Source: Pristiophorus japonicus (taxonomy: Eukaryota). Taken from it: DNA of 64,000 bases. The position numbers were made by a program, and so were the translations under genes. The notes beneath the pieces are model-generated. The model had not been told where the DNA came from. It did not search any database and was given only the letters and a program-made list of their open reading frames with translations. The stretch spans positions 145,886,001 through 145,950,000 of the forward strand of contig NC_091984.1 of the NCBI RefSeq assembly GCF_044704955.1. The letters are read 5' to 3'. Of this stretch, positions 62,995-64,000 are shown in pieces (position 1 is the first letter of the stretch; each line of letters opens with the position of its first letter).

Positions 62995-63000
62995 GGTATG

Positions 63001-63032
<32 letters not shown>

Positions 63033-63077
63033 AGGGTGTGTCTGTGCGTGGGTGTGTGTGTGTGCGTGTGTGTGTGT
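62995..63077. repeat. (TG)n microsatellite
   Basis: Direct reading. Confidence 0.95.
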
Positions 63078-63679
63078 ACATTGGAAGATTTCACTTCGAG
63101 TCACACATCAATTATAGACAACGGTCTCTGAGGAAGTCCATGTAGCCCCTGTGGGGTTCCCCTGGATCATAGGTGAAGGTGATAGCCTTCATCATGACTA
63201 TGCCTGGGTGGGTACTGTGAAGGTCGCGTATAAACATTTCCTTGCTGTTTTTTGGCAAAATTACACGATTCCCCCACAGGAGGCAGTCTGAATGAATGGA
63301 CATTTCATCCAAGCTTTGGTGGAACGGTTTAATTTCATCTTGCATTTCCCCTGGGATCGCCGACCGGCTCGCATTGAGGACACAGCTTTTTACAATGAGA
63401 ACCAGAAGAAGGCTCTGTCGAGCCTCTCCAAGAACATAACCCAGTTGAGAGCAGAGACTATCCAACTGTTTGTAGACAAAATCCACGCAAGGATTCAACC
63501 GCTCTACAATGCCGTACGATAAAGTGCGGGCTGAAGCGCTCGGTGTGCTGGGGAACTTGGCCAAGGGGGGAATCAGAGGGTCCAGGTGCAGTATTACCTG
63601 GATGGAAACAGTGAGCAGGTCACCACTTCCTGTCATTCAACACTGCGCTCGGTATTCCCAAGTGTTGGATCTGCCGAGG

Positions 63680-64000
63680 CTTCCTCAGTAACTGGGAATG
63701 ATCCAGGGGAACCCAACAGGGGCTACATGGACTTCCTCAGTAACTGAGAATGATCCAGGGGAACCCCACAGGGGCTACATGGAGTTCCTCAGTAACTGGG
63801 AATGATCCAGGGGAACCCCACAGGGGCTACATGGACTTCCTCAGTAACTGGGAATGATCCAGGGGAACCCAACAGGGGCTACATGGACTTCCTCAGTAAC
63901 TGAGAATGATCCAGGGGAACCCCACAGGGGCTACATGGACTTCCTCAGTAACTGAGAATGATCCAGGGGAACCCCACAGGGGCTACATGGACTTCCTCAG
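63680..64000 (+). repeat. 52-bp minisatellite, at least 6 copies
   Basis: CTTCCTCAGTAACTG(G/A)GAATGATCCAGGGGAACCC(A/C)ACAGGGGCTACATGGA; runs off the window end. Confidence 0.95.

Noticed and set aside
63680-64000. CRISPR-like array
   Set aside because: Units are contiguous with no unique spacers; eukaryotic minisatellite.

Overview
Repeat-rich vertebrate genomic DNA, almost certainly cartilaginous fish (shark-type Ig cluster, shark-type SINEs, CR1/L2/RTE/Tx1 LINEs). The host feature is one unrearranged immunoglobulin kappa-type (NS4-like) light-chain cluster on the minus strand: leader 36716-36764, V 36230-36528 with a 12-bp RSS, J 34895-34929 with a 23-bp RSS, a ~16 kb TE-filled J-C intron, and C 18224-18552. 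It looks like a pseudogene (in-frame TAG in C, FGxG changed to FDKG in J). The rest is nested retroelements, of which three stand out. (1) At 10.6-17.1 kb, a Keno-like Tx1 LINE is flanked by five short, poly(A)-tailed units bounded by direct repeats and built from rearranged U2 snRNA pieces, with U1 snRNA pieces in two of them: a candidate undescribed snRNA-chimeric SINE that carries the LINE's own U2 target site. (2) At 40.5-48.5 kb, a second Tx1 family is stacked head-to-tail at a recurring GAGTTTCATGCACCAATGG motif, with a 5S rRNA retrocopy at the same motif. (3) At 48.5-56.9 kb there is a lokiretrovirus-like ERV with a class I fusion-protein-like env. Inverted paralogous blocks suggest a neighbouring IgL cluster just left of the window. 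All alignments were done by eye against remembered consensus sequences; TE boundaries are approximate.
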